The notes under the pieces were generated by a model. The model was not told the DNA's origin. It saw nothing but the letters and a program-made list of their open reading frames with translations, and searched no databases. Shown one piece after another: positions 18,536-28,004 of a stretch of DNA of 64,000 nucleotides (position 1 is the first letter of the stretch; each line of letters begins with the position of its first letter). The stretch lies in contig OY762209.1 in assembly GCA_963665295.1 (NCBI GenBank), positions 320,001-384,000 of the forward strand. The letters are read 5' to 3'. The DNA is from Syntrophorhabdaceae bacterium. GTDB lineage: Bacteria > Desulfobacterota > Syntrophorhabdia > Syntrophorhabdales > Syntrophorhabdaceae. The position numbers were made by a program, and so were the translations under genes.

Positions 18536-20020
18536 CTACCTCCCTCCGTCAGGTCTCCCCTGCGGCTGTTGGTGTTGCTGTCCCTGGTGTTGCTGCCCCT
18601 GAGGCGGTCTCTGAGGCTGCTGCCCCTGAGGCTGCCTTTGAGGCTGCTGAGCCTGGGGCGGTCTCTGAGGCTGAGTCTGTGGTGGTCTTTGAGGCTGAGC
18701 CTGAGGTTGGACCTGAGGCGGTCTTTGAGGTTGCTGAGCCTGAGGCGGTCTTTGAGGTTGCTGAGCCTGGGGCGGTCTCTGAGGCTGAGTCTGTGGTGGT
18801 CTTTGAGGCTGAGCCTGAGGTTGGACCTGAGGCGGTCTTTGAGGTTGCTGAGCCTGAGGCGGTCTCTGAGGTTGAGCCTGTGGTTGGACCTGAGGCTGCC
18901 TTTGAGGTTGCTGAGCCTGGGGCGGTCTCTGAGGCTGAGTCTGTGGTTGGACCTGAGGCTGGGACGGTCTCTGAGGTTGCTGAGCCTGAGGCGGTCTTTG
19001 AGGCTGAGTCTGTGGTTGGACCTGAGGCTGATTACCCTGAGGCTGCCTTTGAGGGTGTTGTCCCTGGGGCTGCCTTTGAGGCTGATTACCCTGAGGCTGA
19101 ACCTGGGGCTGTCCCTGAGGTTTATGTCCTTGTGGCTGTCCCTGAGGCTGATGTCCCTGGGGTGGCCTTTGAGGGTGTTGTCCCTGAGGCTGTCCCTGGA
19201 ATTGTCCCTGAGGCTGGTGTCCTTGTGGCGGACGTCCCTGAGGCTGGTGTCCTTGTGGCGGACGTCCCTGAGGCTGGTGCCCCTGGAATTGTCCCTGAGG
19301 CTGGTGTCGCTGAATATCGGGCCTCTGTCGATATTCCTGCTCCCTTTGCAGCCTTAGTTCCTGTCTCTGTTGTTGCGGCCGAGGGCGATAACCCTGGACA
19401 CCCCAGGTTCCTTGCCTTTCCCAATGTCGGTCATTATGCCAGCTCCGCCAGTTGTGCTCAAGCTGCCGGTTAGGAATCCGTTCATAATTCCACCGGTGCC
19501 CATACCAATCATGGCTTCTGTAGTGTCCTCTCCAACCCGGGTCTACATCGAAATAGAAAGTCGGAACCCGGTTATAATAACCCCAGCCCCTATTGTAATG
19601 GGGCGAACGATACCAGCGACCTTCCCATAGACGCCACCAGAAACCGTTCCAGAAAAACAGGTCTGCGTCTACATCAGGCGCAACATACACGCCGCTCGCG
19701 TCGGGCACTACTATCACGTCCGGAGGTGCTTGAATTGCGATCGGCGGCGGCAAAGGAGCAGGTACTCCGGCTCCGGACCCCCCCGTCCCTTGTACGCCCG
19801 TTGCGGCCGGCGGCAATTCCTGTGCGGGAGTTGTCGCTGCCGTCGGTTCCTGGGCCGGAATCCCCCCTGCCGTCGGTTCCTGGGCGGGAGTCCCTGCTGC
19901 CGCTGGGTCCTGTGCGGGTGTTTCCGCGGGTTTCGCCGGCTCCTGCGATCGGTTGCAGCCGATCAAGGTAAAGGTCGCAAGCAACGTCGCCGCTGCAAAT
20001 AACACTATTAACTTCTTCAT
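18536..20020 (-). CDS. Putative lipoprotein with Trp/Tyr/Arg-rich domain and long Gln/Pro repeat tail
   Basis: SD AAGGAGG; MKKLIVLFAAATLLATFTLIGC lipobox; TPAQE-type repeats; FFWNGFWWRLWEGRWYRS domain; ~260 aa of QPQ/RPPQ repeats. Confidence 0.8.
   Translation of the reverse strand: MKKLIVLFAAATLLATFTLIGCNRSQEPAKPAETPAQDPAAAGTPAQEPTAGGIPAQEPTAATTPAQELPPAATGVQGTGGSGAGVPAPLPPPIAIQAPPDVIVVPDASGVYVAPDVDADLFFWNGFWWRLWEGRWYRSPHYNRGWGYYNRVPTFYFDVDPGWRGHYRSHDWYGHRWNYERIPNRQLEHNWRSWHNDRHWERQGTWGVQGYRPRPQQQRQELRLQREQEYRQRPDIQRHQPQGQFQGHQPQGRPPQGHQPQGRPPQGHQPQGQFQGQPQGQHPQRPPQGHQPQGQPQGHKPQGQPQVQPQGNQPQRQPQGQHPQRQPQGNQPQVQPQTQPQRPPQAQQPQRPSQPQVQPQTQPQRPPQAQQPQRQPQVQPQAQPQRPPQAQQPQRPPQVQPQAQPQRPPQTQPQRPPQAQQPQRPPQAQQPQRPPQVQPQAQPQRPPQTQPQRPPQAQQPQRQPQGQQPQRPPQGQQHQGQQHQQPQGRPDGGR
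18560..19310. repeat. Low-complexity coding tandem repeat array
   Basis: Many ctgaggctg / gaggttgctgagcctg units; ~100-bp block duplicated at 114-bp spacing (18651 and 18765). Confidence 0.9.
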
Positions 20021-20375
20021 GTAATTTCCCCTCCTTATCTCTTTCTGTCTCTTTGGTGAAGGCTTTGTTCTCGCGCCAAACCGGTGCGAGAAGCAAAATA
20101 CCGTCACCCGATCCGGCGGGACGGGCGAACGAAAACCCTTTACAGTATCCCTTTCATCTCTACAAAGGATCGGCGCGGGGTCAAGGGGGAGGGACATTTT
20201 TTCATCCAGTGTATTCTCATTCACCGGACCACTGAGCCAGCCTTTCCGACTGCCGTCTCCTTATACTGTATTATCAGAAATATGCCGTCAAATTACAACA
20301 ATTATTGTGTTCGGGCTTTTTGCGGAAAGGCCGCGGTGGAACCCGAAGGGGCCCTCGGAGAGGGAACTTGAGAAA

Positions 20376-20650
20376 CTACCCGTTCCTGACCCTCCATATA
20401 ATCTCGTGGACAGCATCCGACCAGCCGAGGGGCATGAAATGCACTCCCTGGACCATAGGGGCAATCTCCCTGACCAGACGCGCCGTCATCTCGATGGCCT
20501 TTTCTTTTCTTTCCCCCGTAGGCACAGAGCCTATCTCCCCGATAAAGGGGTCCGGAACCGTGATCCCCGAAACGTGAACATTCATGCACGAGACCATCTC
20601 GGGAGACTTTATGATCACCACGCCATGAGGATACCCGACCCATGACAGGC
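20376..20650 (-). pseudogene. metF: C-terminal remnant of methylenetetrahydrofolate reductase (MetF-like)
   Basis: GVVIIKSPEM...MN.HVSGITVPD...AIEMTARLVREI.P.VQGVHFMPLGW resembles the last ~90 aa of MetF; N-terminal two thirds absent. Confidence 0.6.
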
Positions 20651-20742
20651 GGAAAAATATGCTGGTCCGCATGGGGTTAATCGGGTTAATATGGTACTAT
20701 ACGTCCTAATTTGACATCCCATGGGTAAGGAGAAGAGACTCT

Positions 20743-22803
20743 ATGGAAAATAACGATAACAGAAAAGCGTTCAGCGGATGTGCCCTATGCTACCATAGCT
20801 GCGGAGTAGAGGTGACTGTAGAGGAAGGAAGGGTCGTAAAGGTTCAGGGCCAGGAATCCCATCCTGTAAACAAGGGAAAGTTGTGCCCCAAAGGGGAGGC
20901 AATAATCGAGCATCTGTATCACCCTGACCGACTCAAATACCCCCTGAAGAAGGTGAATGGAGCATGGAAGAGAATATCGTGGGACCAGGCTATTTCCGAG
21001 ATAGGGGCGAAGCTCAATGAGTTGAAGGAGAAGTACGGTCCGTCCGTTCTCGCCTTCTTCTGCGGTTCCATCGGCGTCGAGAACCTCGAAATGATCTCCC
21101 TCACCCACCGGTTCAAGGCCGCCTTCGGTTCCCCGAACTTTTTCTCCGTGGAGAGCATCTGCTACAGGATGAGGATTCGGGCCAGGCAAATTACTTTCGG
21201 GAAGTACCCGGTGGAAGAGATGGATTCAAACCTTTATATCCTGTGGGGTCACAACCCCGCGGCCTCGGATTTCCCCCTCTCGCTGGCCATAGAAGAAAAC
21301 ATGAAGAAAGGCGCGAAGGTGATCGTCATCGACCCGAGGAAGATCCCCATCGCACAGAACGCGGAAATGTATATCCCCATAAGGCCCGGCACCGACGGCG
21401 CCCTGGCCCTCGCACTCATGCACGTCATTATCAACGAGGGTCTCTATGATGAGGAGTTTGTGGAGAAGTGGACCTTTGGATTCGACAAACTCGTTCCCCA
21501 TGTCCAGCAGTATACGCCCGAATGGGCGGAAAAGATTACCTGGGTGAAGGCCGACGACATCAGGACCCTTGCTCGCCGCTTTGCAACGACCCGGGGGGCA
21601 AGCATCTTCCACGGCACCTGCACCCAGGACCAGTGCGCGAACGGCAGCCAGAACGACCGGGCCCTCGCGATCCTGCAGGTTCTCACAGGCAACATAAACG
21701 TCCCGGGAGGATGGGTCATAAGCCCGAGACTCCGGCTCAACGACGTGGGTCTTCCCTCCCCCGGCAAGCCCCTGGGAGCCGATGAGTATCCCCTCTTCTA
21801 CGAACTGTGGGGAAGAACCAGCCCCTATGCGGTGATGAACATGGTCCCGGAGAGCACGCCGGACAAGCTCAGGGCCTTCATCGTGGCAGGCGGAAACCCC
21901 CTTGTAACCATGCCCGATTCCAATGCCTTGAGGGATGCCTTCCGGAAGCTCGATCTTGTGGTAGTCTACGAGCAGTTCATGACGGAGACAGCCGAGTTTG
22001 CCCATTACGTGCTGCCCGCCTCCAATCAGCTTGAGTTCTTTGGCCTTGCCTACAACTATAATGTATGCCACTGCGTCCCCTACCTCATGCTCCGGCCTGC
22101 GATAATAGGCCCGTATTACGAGTGCCGCTCCATTCGTGAAGTCTATACCGATCTCGCGAAGGAATGCGGGTTCGCCGACAAATTCCCCTGGAAGTCGGAT
22201 GAGGAGGTGGTCGCTTTCGAACTCGAACCGTGCAGGCTCGATTTCAACGCCCTCATGGAGAAACCGGAAGGCGCCATTTATCAGGAAAAGGAATACACGG
22301 TGCGCCAGGGCTCCTTTTCGACGCCCACCGGCAAGATCGAGATATACAGTCAGGCCTTTGCCGATGCAGGGTTCGATCCGCTCCCCACGTACCGTGAACC
22401 CGACAAAAGCCCCCAGGGCTCGCGCTGGACGGAACTGGGAGAAAAGTATCCTCTCATCCTTTCTACGGGAACGCGGGACTTTTATTTCAACGGGAGCATG
22501 CTCCACAACATCAAATCCCTCCAGGTCCGGTCGCCTTTTCCCAAGGCCGAACTGGGGCCCGAAACCGCCGCCGGATACGGGGTGGCTCATGGGGACGATG
22601 TCATCGTGGAGACGGACCGGGGTTATGTGAAGATGAAGGCGAGCGTGGATAAGAATGTGGTTGAAGGCGTGGTGCTTGTGCCGCACGGGTGGCCGGGAGA
22701 GGGTAACTGCAATCTTCTCACGGACTGCAACTGCAGGGAGCCTATCATGGGATACCCCCAATGGAAGGGACTTCTTTGCAGTATCAGAAAGGCAGTGGAT
22801 TAA
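20743..22803 (+). CDS. Molybdopterin (bis-MGD, DMSO reductase superfamily) oxidoreductase catalytic subunit
   Basis: CALCYHSCG...LCPKG Fe4S4 motif, HPDRLKYPL, ISWDQA, IDPR, IRPGTDGALAL, FMTETAEFAHYVLP, TPTGKIEIYS, HGW; no Tat signal seen. Confidence 0.92.
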   Translation: MENNDNRKAFSGCALCYHSCGVEVTVEEGRVVKVQGQESHPVNKGKLCPKGEAIIEHLYHPDRLKYPLKKVNGAWKRISWDQAISEIGAKLNELKEKYGPSVLAFFCGSIGVENLEMISLTHRFKAAFGSPNFFSVESICYRMRIRARQITFGKYPVEEMDSNLYILWGHNPAASDFPLSLAIEENMKKGAKVIVIDPRKIPIAQNAEMYIPIRPGTDGALALALMHVIINEGLYDEEFVEKWTFGFDKLVPHVQQYTPEWAEKITWVKADDIRTLARRFATTRGASIFHGTCTQDQCANGSQNDRALAILQVLTGNINVPGGWVISPRLRLNDVGLPSPGKPLGADEYPLFYELWGRTSPYAVMNMVPESTPDKLRAFIVAGGNPLVTMPDSNALRDAFRKLDLVVVYEQFMTETAEFAHYVLPASNQLEFFGLAYNYNVCHCVPYLMLRPAIIGPYYECRSIREVYTDLAKECGFADKFPWKSDEEVVAFELEPCRLDFNALMEKPEGAIYQEKEYTVRQGSFSTPTGKIEIYSQAFADAGFDPLPTYREPDKSPQGSRWTELGEKYPLILSTGTRDFYFNGSMLHNIKSLQVRSPFPKAELGPETAAGYGVAHGDDVIVETDRGYVKMKASVDKNVVEGVVLVPHGWPGEGNCNLLTDCNCREPIMGYPQWKGLLCSIRKAVD

Positions 22804-23254
22804 TCCGGCGAGGGCTCTATGAAGGATATCCTTTCTTTCAGTTTCGAGGAATAGGGCCGGATGGTGGAATCTCCTGCAACGAAGCCCACCCGGTAGCCAT
22901 GGGAGCGATTTGCCCCGCCTGCAAAGGCGGGCTTCTCCCGTACCGGTCGGGGCAGACAGGCTCGGATGAAATGGTTCTGAGCCTTCTTGGGTAGCAAATT
23001 AGTACACCCTGGAGCCTATGGCGGAAGAGTATGGCTGAGGCGAAGCGCAGCGGAGAGGTCTTGATTATCCCCGAAAAAATGTTTATACCCAAGAGAGCCG
23101 GGTAATTCCGCCTCAAGGTCGCATTCCCTCAAACCCCGGGGCCCTGTAACCTTGTCCATGTCCCGGCCGACTGTATCTTGCAGCGGAGGCCTTATCCTCG
23201 GGACTCCATATGGACTGCGTCAACGAATGGCGGGACAGCCGAAAGGAGGGGGCC

Positions 23255-24262
23255 GTGACAGTCAATCGAAACAGGCTCTATGTAATCGTCATCGTCGCCT
23301 CCACGGTGGTCATCAGCTGCCTTCATTACACGACATCCTCCATCGCATGGCCGCTTCACAGCATTTACATGGACCTCTACTATATCCCCGTGCTTCTGGG
23401 CGCCCTGGTGTTCGGCCTCAAAGGGGCCGTCCTTACGTACCTTTCCGTGGTGATCCTTTATTTCCCCTATATCCTTTTTGTGTGGCACGCGAAAGCCATG
23501 TTTCTCGCCGAAGATGCCTTGCACGCCCTATTCTTCGGAGTCTTTGCATGTCTCGCGGGCGTCCTGGTCGACAGGGAAAAGAGGCACCTGGAGCAATTGG
23601 AAAAAGACGCGTACCTCTCGGCCCTGGGCCGCACCTCGGCGTCCGTGGCCCACGACCTCCGGAACTCTCTCACTGCCGTTACGGGCTTTGCCCGGCGTCT
23701 GTCGGAGAAGAAAGGGGATGGGGATACCGCAATAGAAGCAATTCTGAATGCAACCGGGACTATGCAGGCCATTGTAGACGGCACCCTCGATTTTGCGAGA
23801 CCGCTCCAAATGAACCTTGAGGAGTCGGATATCCTTCCGGTTATCAGCCATGCGGTGGACACGTGCAAGGCGAAAGCGGAGCGTCATCAGGTGATTGTCT
23901 TCCTGGATATTCCTCCTGAGCCGGTGCGGACCGCCGTGGACGCGGCCCTCTTCATAAGGGCCCTCGTTAATCTCATAGACAACGCGATTGACGCCTCCGG
24001 GAAGGGCCGGACCGTCAAGGTCACGGTGAGCCCCGGGCCGGCGTCGGTGACTATCGCCATAGCCGATCATGGACCGGGGATGGACCGGACGACCCTCAAA
24101 AACATCTTCACGCCCTTCTACACCAGGAAAGCCAAGGGGACCGGGATCGGCATGGCAATAACCAAGAAGATCATCGATCACCATCAAGGCATCATCAGGA
24201 TCCAGAGCAAGCCCGGACACGGCACGACCGTCACCATCGAGTTGCCCTCCCGCTCCCCGTGA
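23255..24262 (+). CDS. Membrane sensor histidine kinase
   Basis: About four N-terminal TM segments; VAHDLRNSL, NLIDNAIDA, DHGPGM, PFYTRK..GTGIGM; GTG follows AGGAGG. Confidence 0.9.
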   Translation: MTVNRNRLYVIVIVASTVVISCLHYTTSSIAWPLHSIYMDLYYIPVLLGALVFGLKGAVLTYLSVVILYFPYILFVWHAKAMFLAEDALHALFFGVFACLAGVLVDREKRHLEQLEKDAYLSALGRTSASVAHDLRNSLTAVTGFARRLSEKKGDGDTAIEAILNATGTMQAIVDGTLDFARPLQMNLEESDILPVISHAVDTCKAKAERHQVIVFLDIPPEPVRTAVDAALFIRALVNLIDNAIDASGKGRTVKVTVSPGPASVTIAIADHGPGMDRTTLKNIFTPFYTRKAKGTGIGMAITKKIIDHHQGIIRIQSKPGHGTTVTIELPSRSP

Positions 24263-24303
24263 AACTACAGCGAAACATCGATTGACCCAGTGAAATGTGG
24301 CGG

Positions 24304-25185
24304 CTACTCCCCTTCCACGTGCCGGAGGAACGCGCGGACTGTAGACAGGTATGGTCCGGGCTTCTCGATGTGGTGCTCATGGGACGCGTCTTCGAATACA
24401 ACGACCTCCGATCCGGGGAGCATCGCGTGGTAATACTTGGCGGCCACCGGTGTGGCTTCGTCGTACCTGCCGACGGTAAAGAGAACGGGCGTCCTGATCC
24501 CTTTAAGGTGCTCCGCCCGCTCATAGTCACCGAGGGTTCCCGTCAAGGTGAATTCGCTCGGACCCCACATGTACTCGTAGACCGTCCGGCCGAGGCCCGC
24601 GAGGGTTCTTTCCATGCATTCCGGCCATGGGTAGAGGCGGCACAGGTGCCGCGCGTAATATGCCGTCACGGCGGCCTCATACCCGGGCGTCCCGAATGCC
24701 CCCGATGCCTCCCCTTCCCCTATCGCCTCCCGATGCTCCGCGGGGAGCTCCAGAAGGTATTTCCGCTGGTCGGCCGCAAAACGGGAAGCGCTTAAGACGG
24801 GAGAAGAGAGGACAAGGCTCGCGACCCCTTCCGAATGGCCTGCAAGCATGTAATCGACGGCAAGCATGGTGCCCCACGACTGGCCCATGATGTGGACCTT
24901 TGCGAGCCCCAGGGACTCGCGGACGCAGTGGAGTTCGTCCACGAAACGCTCCACGGTAAAGAGGGACACGTCTTCCGGCCTGTCCGAATTCCCGCACCCC
25001 AGTTGATCGTAAAAGATCACAGGCCGCTCGTCGCTCAAGGCCTCCAGGGGTTCCAGATAATCATGGGGTGCTCCGGGACCGCCGTGCAGGGTGAGGAAGG
25101 GAATCCCCCTTCTTCCTGCTCCCACGACCTTGAACCATACTCTTCCGCCTTTGACCGGAATATAACCTTCTTTCGCATGGAACAT
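24304..25185 (-). CDS. Proline iminopeptidase-family alpha/beta hydrolase
   Basis: LHGGPG, YDQLGCGNSD, GQSWG nucleophile, MWGPSEF, GRYDEATP, SHEHH.E. Confidence 0.92.
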   Translation of the reverse strand: MFHAKEGYIPVKGGRVWFKVVGAGRRGIPFLTLHGGPGAPHDYLEPLEALSDERPVIFYDQLGCGNSDRPEDVSLFTVERFVDELHCVRESLGLAKVHIMGQSWGTMLAVDYMLAGHSEGVASLVLSSPVLSASRFAADQRKYLLELPAEHREAIGEGEASGAFGTPGYEAAVTAYYARHLCRLYPWPECMERTLAGLGRTVYEYMWGPSEFTLTGTLGDYERAEHLKGIRTPVLFTVGRYDEATPVAAKYYHAMLPGSEVVVFEDASHEHHIEKPGPYLSTVRAFLRHVEGE

Positions 25186-25406
25186 CGACGTTACCTCTCT
25201 CTTTCCTTATGCCCGCCCCTTAACTGCCCGGGGCAAGGCGTCGCAGGGCGCGCGTCGCGGTCCGTCCGAAATGCGCCCCCTCCTCTCCTGTATACCAGAA
25301 TATGCGCGCCACCGCAACGGGCTCTGGCCCTGTCTCCCGGGAAACAAGGATGAATATCCCGGAGGAAGAGGCATACGGCGCGGCGTTGAAGGTCTGAAGC
25401 CGTCAA

Positions 25407-25549
25407 TTTTCCGGAGCGGCCTCTTGACCGCCGACTTTCCCGAAACTTAAGCTACGGGTGTAGGGATAAAGATCATCGCAAAGGATACCTTCAGGAAAAA
25501 CACGCAATCCTGTAGGTATCCGGACGATGTGAATCAGGGCTCCGGAGAA
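25407..25549 (+). ncRNA. Candidate structured RNA element
   Basis: 11-bp closing stem 25407-25417/25539-25549, long hairpin 25474-25529, two small hairpins whose loops can pair; no family recognised. Confidence 0.3.
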
Positions 25550-25791
25550 GGATGACAAGGTTGTAGGCGGGATTGGCACGCCACGAAGAGCGAGGACCGG
25601 GGCGCCACGGGATGGCCCTCCTCCCGGCGTGCACAAGATTTTGCAATCTTCAGCGGTTTATGCGATAACTTTAGGGTGAAGTTCCACGAAGCCTCCGTTG
25701 AGAAGCAGCCGCAGAAATTACCGTTTTTGTCGTCTCTTCGTAACTCCAGCTCCATGCACTTCAACATTCTAATAAAAAAGGGGAATACTAC

Positions 25792-25992
25792 ATGCCAAAA
25801 GGAACAGTAAAGTGGTTTAACGATGCAAAGGGTTTCGGCTTTATCACGCAGGATGACGGCAACGACGTGTTCGTTCACTATTCAGCAATCAAGGATTCCG
25901 GCTTCAAATCCCTGTCTGAAAACGACAAGGTGACCTTCGACGTAGTGAGCGGCCCCAAGGGTCCCGCGGCAGCGAACGTCGTAAAAGACTGA
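25792..25992 (+). CDS. cspA: Cold-shock protein (CspA family)
   Basis: [34 protein letters not shown]. Confidence 0.97.
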   Translation: MPKGTVKWFNDAKGFGFITQDDGNDVFVHYSAIKDSGFKSLSENDKVTFDVVSGPKGPAAANVVKD

Positions 25993-26000
25993 ACAAAACA

Positions 26001-26037
26001 GGGCAGGTTTGGGCCCGTCCGAGCCTGCCTTTCTTTT
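26001..26037 (+). terminator. Rho-independent terminator after csp
   Basis: Stem GGGCAGGTTTGGG/TCCGAGCCTGCCT followed by TTCTTTT. Confidence 0.75.
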
Positions 26038-26095
26038 CCCCGTACCCGATCAGCCTCTTGAGACGCCCATTACCCACGACACATTTCGCGTGCGG

Positions 26096-26293
26096 TCAAT
26101 CGTCCCGGTTCTCAGGGCGGATCTTCCCCAGGCGCGGGAAATTCTTGCACTGCCGGCACAGGGTTTCTATTCTTGCCTTTGCCTTTTCTATAAGAATTCC
26201 ATACCTTTCCGCCACGTGAATCAGGTTCGACACCTCCCCGCTGCATTCAAAACTGAACACGCGGTCACATGCGGCAAAACCGAACTCGTTCAT
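26096..26293 (-). CDS. Small hypothetical protein (65 aa, four Cys, C-terminal CxxC)
   Basis: Strong SD AAGGAGG before ATG 26293; LCRQCKNF. Confidence 0.5.
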   Translation of the reverse strand: MNEFGFAACDRVFSFECSGEVSNLIHVAERYGILIEKAKARIETLCRQCKNFPRLGKIRPENRDD

Positions 26294-26534
26294 AATACCC
26301 TCCTTTTCGACACCGGCGTCCGGGCCGTCATTCCTTGAAGCCGAACTTCTCCATGGCAAGGATATGGCCGGTAACTACGTTCACCGTTCATAGCACCCCT
26401 TCTCTTCCGGGTCGAGGGCCGAACCGCCATCCCCGCCGCGCTCGTGCCCGGGGCGGTTGGTTTTCCCTTTAAGAAGATAGCCCCCGTAAGGGCCGACGTT
26501 ACATAAATCACGGAAGTCACCGCCTGGATCGGTA

Positions 26535-27638
26535 TTACGGACTCGCCGTCCATGCCGCCCGCGTATGCGATCTTCTTTGTCTTGCCTGCAAACACGAAGT
26601 GACCACAGCTTCAGAAGAGAGCCCGCTTCCTGCAGCCGTGGCGATTTGCGACCTCACTTTTACTTCGGTCTCCACCAGGGGCCGGCCGAACCCCGTGGAA
26701 AAGATACTCGTGGCGTCGCTGCGGTGCATATTCCTGATAAGGTCTTTACAAAATTCCACACGGTCCTTTTCAAAGACGAGTACGTTCGTCGAACTTCCGG
26801 GATGGTAGAGGCTCTTCGGCCGGCCCGCGCGAAGAAACATCCCTTTCGTAATCCACTGGGGGTAGTTGTAGCGATGCTCGCAGTAACACTGCTCGATGTC
26901 GCCTATAAGGAGGGCTGCCACTTCCACCATGGCTATCAGGCCGGCCCCTGTCCCGCCTTCCACGTCCGTGTCGATGATGGTAACCACCCTCTTGTTCTTC
27001 GAAAAGGGCGTGGCTACGGCGATAATCGCCTCGGGATTACACGAGTGGCAGGCTCCGTCCAGCTGGTAGATATCGACGACTTTTCCCGAAACAGGGACAT
27101 GGTTGTAATGGTACTTTTCAGGCGTGAGTCTGAACACAGCCCAATCGCCCCCTTCAAAAAAGGTGCGCCACACGCCTTTGTCCTTCCCGAGAAGTTCCTC
27201 GAAGCAAAAGAACTTGTTCTTGAGAAAAAGTTGGGACGTCTCCGAAAACGAGCCTATGAGCATTCTCGAATCCGAAGGAGAGACTACCGCTCTCAAATCG
27301 TTCGGCATGGGGCGGGTTTCCCAATATTTGATTTGACGCTCGAATATCTTCCTCGCCGTGTCAAGAAATTGAGGAGCCTCCACGCACTCGGACAGATCGA
27401 CTTCGAGGGCTTTAAAGAGGCCCCTCGTACCGGTAATCTTCGAGCCTAGCACGCTGTCGTAGTTGAAACGACCGAGAAGTCCCGTCATCCTTGCGGACGT
27501 CAGGGCCCTAAACAGGGTGCGGGCGTTTTCTCTCACCTCCGAATATATGAAGTTGACTACCCGATGCCCGAAAATCTTCTCGTCCCTTACCAGTGACGTT
27601 TCCCGTTCGATATACTGATGAAGCGTATTTTCCCTCAT
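26535..27638 (-). CDS. psd: Phosphatidylserine decarboxylase family proenzyme
   Basis: VVSPSDSR, FRLTPEKYHYNHVP, PGSST self-cleavage motif; start MRENTLHQY. Confidence 0.88.
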   Translation of the reverse strand: MRENTLHQYIERETSLVRDEKIFGHRVVNFIYSEVRENARTLFRALTSARMTGLLGRFNYDSVLGSKITGTRGLFKALEVDLSECVEAPQFLDTARKIFERQIKYWETRPMPNDLRAVVSPSDSRMLIGSFSETSQLFLKNKFFCFEELLGKDKGVWRTFFEGGDWAVFRLTPEKYHYNHVPVSGKVVDIYQLDGACHSCNPEAIIAVATPFSKNKRVVTIIDTDVEGGTGAGLIAMVEVAALLIGDIEQCYCEHRYNYPQWITKGMFLRAGRPKSLYHPGSSTNVLVFEKDRVEFCKDLIRNMHRSDATSIFSTGFGRPLVETEVKVRSQIATAAGSGLSSEAVVTSCLQARQRRSHTRAAWTASP

Positions 27639-27822
27639 AATCCCTTTCTCACATCGATAATTCGATCTCCACGGTCGGGCTGTCGGGGATAGTCCGGAGC
27701 CCCCTCCGATTCGCCTCCCCCGCGGTCGAGCCTCAGGACCAGGGCCAAAAACCGGACCCCCCGGAGGTGTGAAGACTGGTCTGTCTTTCGTGTTCCATCG
27801 CATTATAATGGTACCCGACTTC

Positions 27823-27850
27823 GATTAAGGGGAGATTAAGATCCCGTTAA
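27823..27850 (-). promoter_or_regulatory. Candidate Pho box upstream of psd
   Basis: Minus strand TTAACG-N5-TTAATC-N5-TTAATC, followed by TATAAT (27807-27802). Confidence 0.65.
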
Positions 27851-27931
27851 TAATCTGTAAGCGCACCGCCTTTTCCTCTCATACCGGCTGCAACCGTTCC
27901 GGGAGGGGGTTTTCGTGCAAGAGCGGTTTTA

Positions 27932-27959
27932 TTTATACAAAGTTAATACCCCCTTAACA
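27932..27959 (+). promoter_or_regulatory. Candidate Pho box upstream of HAD gene
   Basis: TTTATA-N5-TTAATA-N5-TTAACA. Confidence 0.6.
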
Positions 27960-28004
27960 GAGGGGGTATACGTTCTTAGGGATGACGTGAGGAGGTGCCA
28001 TACT

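Noticed and set aside
18560..19310. Repeat array as a possible CRISPR
   Set aside because: No constant repeat with unique spacers; units are codon-phased inside a CDS; no cas genes
18518..19473. Long plus-strand ORFs with Leu/Arg/Ser or Glu/Ala/Val repeats
   Set aside because: Antisense shadows of the Gln/Pro repeat gene; low-complexity DNA lacks stops, and the minus-strand ORF has the SD and lipobox
20673..20691. GGGTTAAT direct repeat before the molybdoenzyme gene as a Pho box
   Set aside because: Spacing is 9 bp rather than 11 and there are only two units
22817..23105. Short reading frames interrupted by TAG (MGAICPACKGG...), considered as pyrrolysine read-through or a pseudogene
   Set aside because: No recognisable protein family and no pyl genes in the window; cannot be supported
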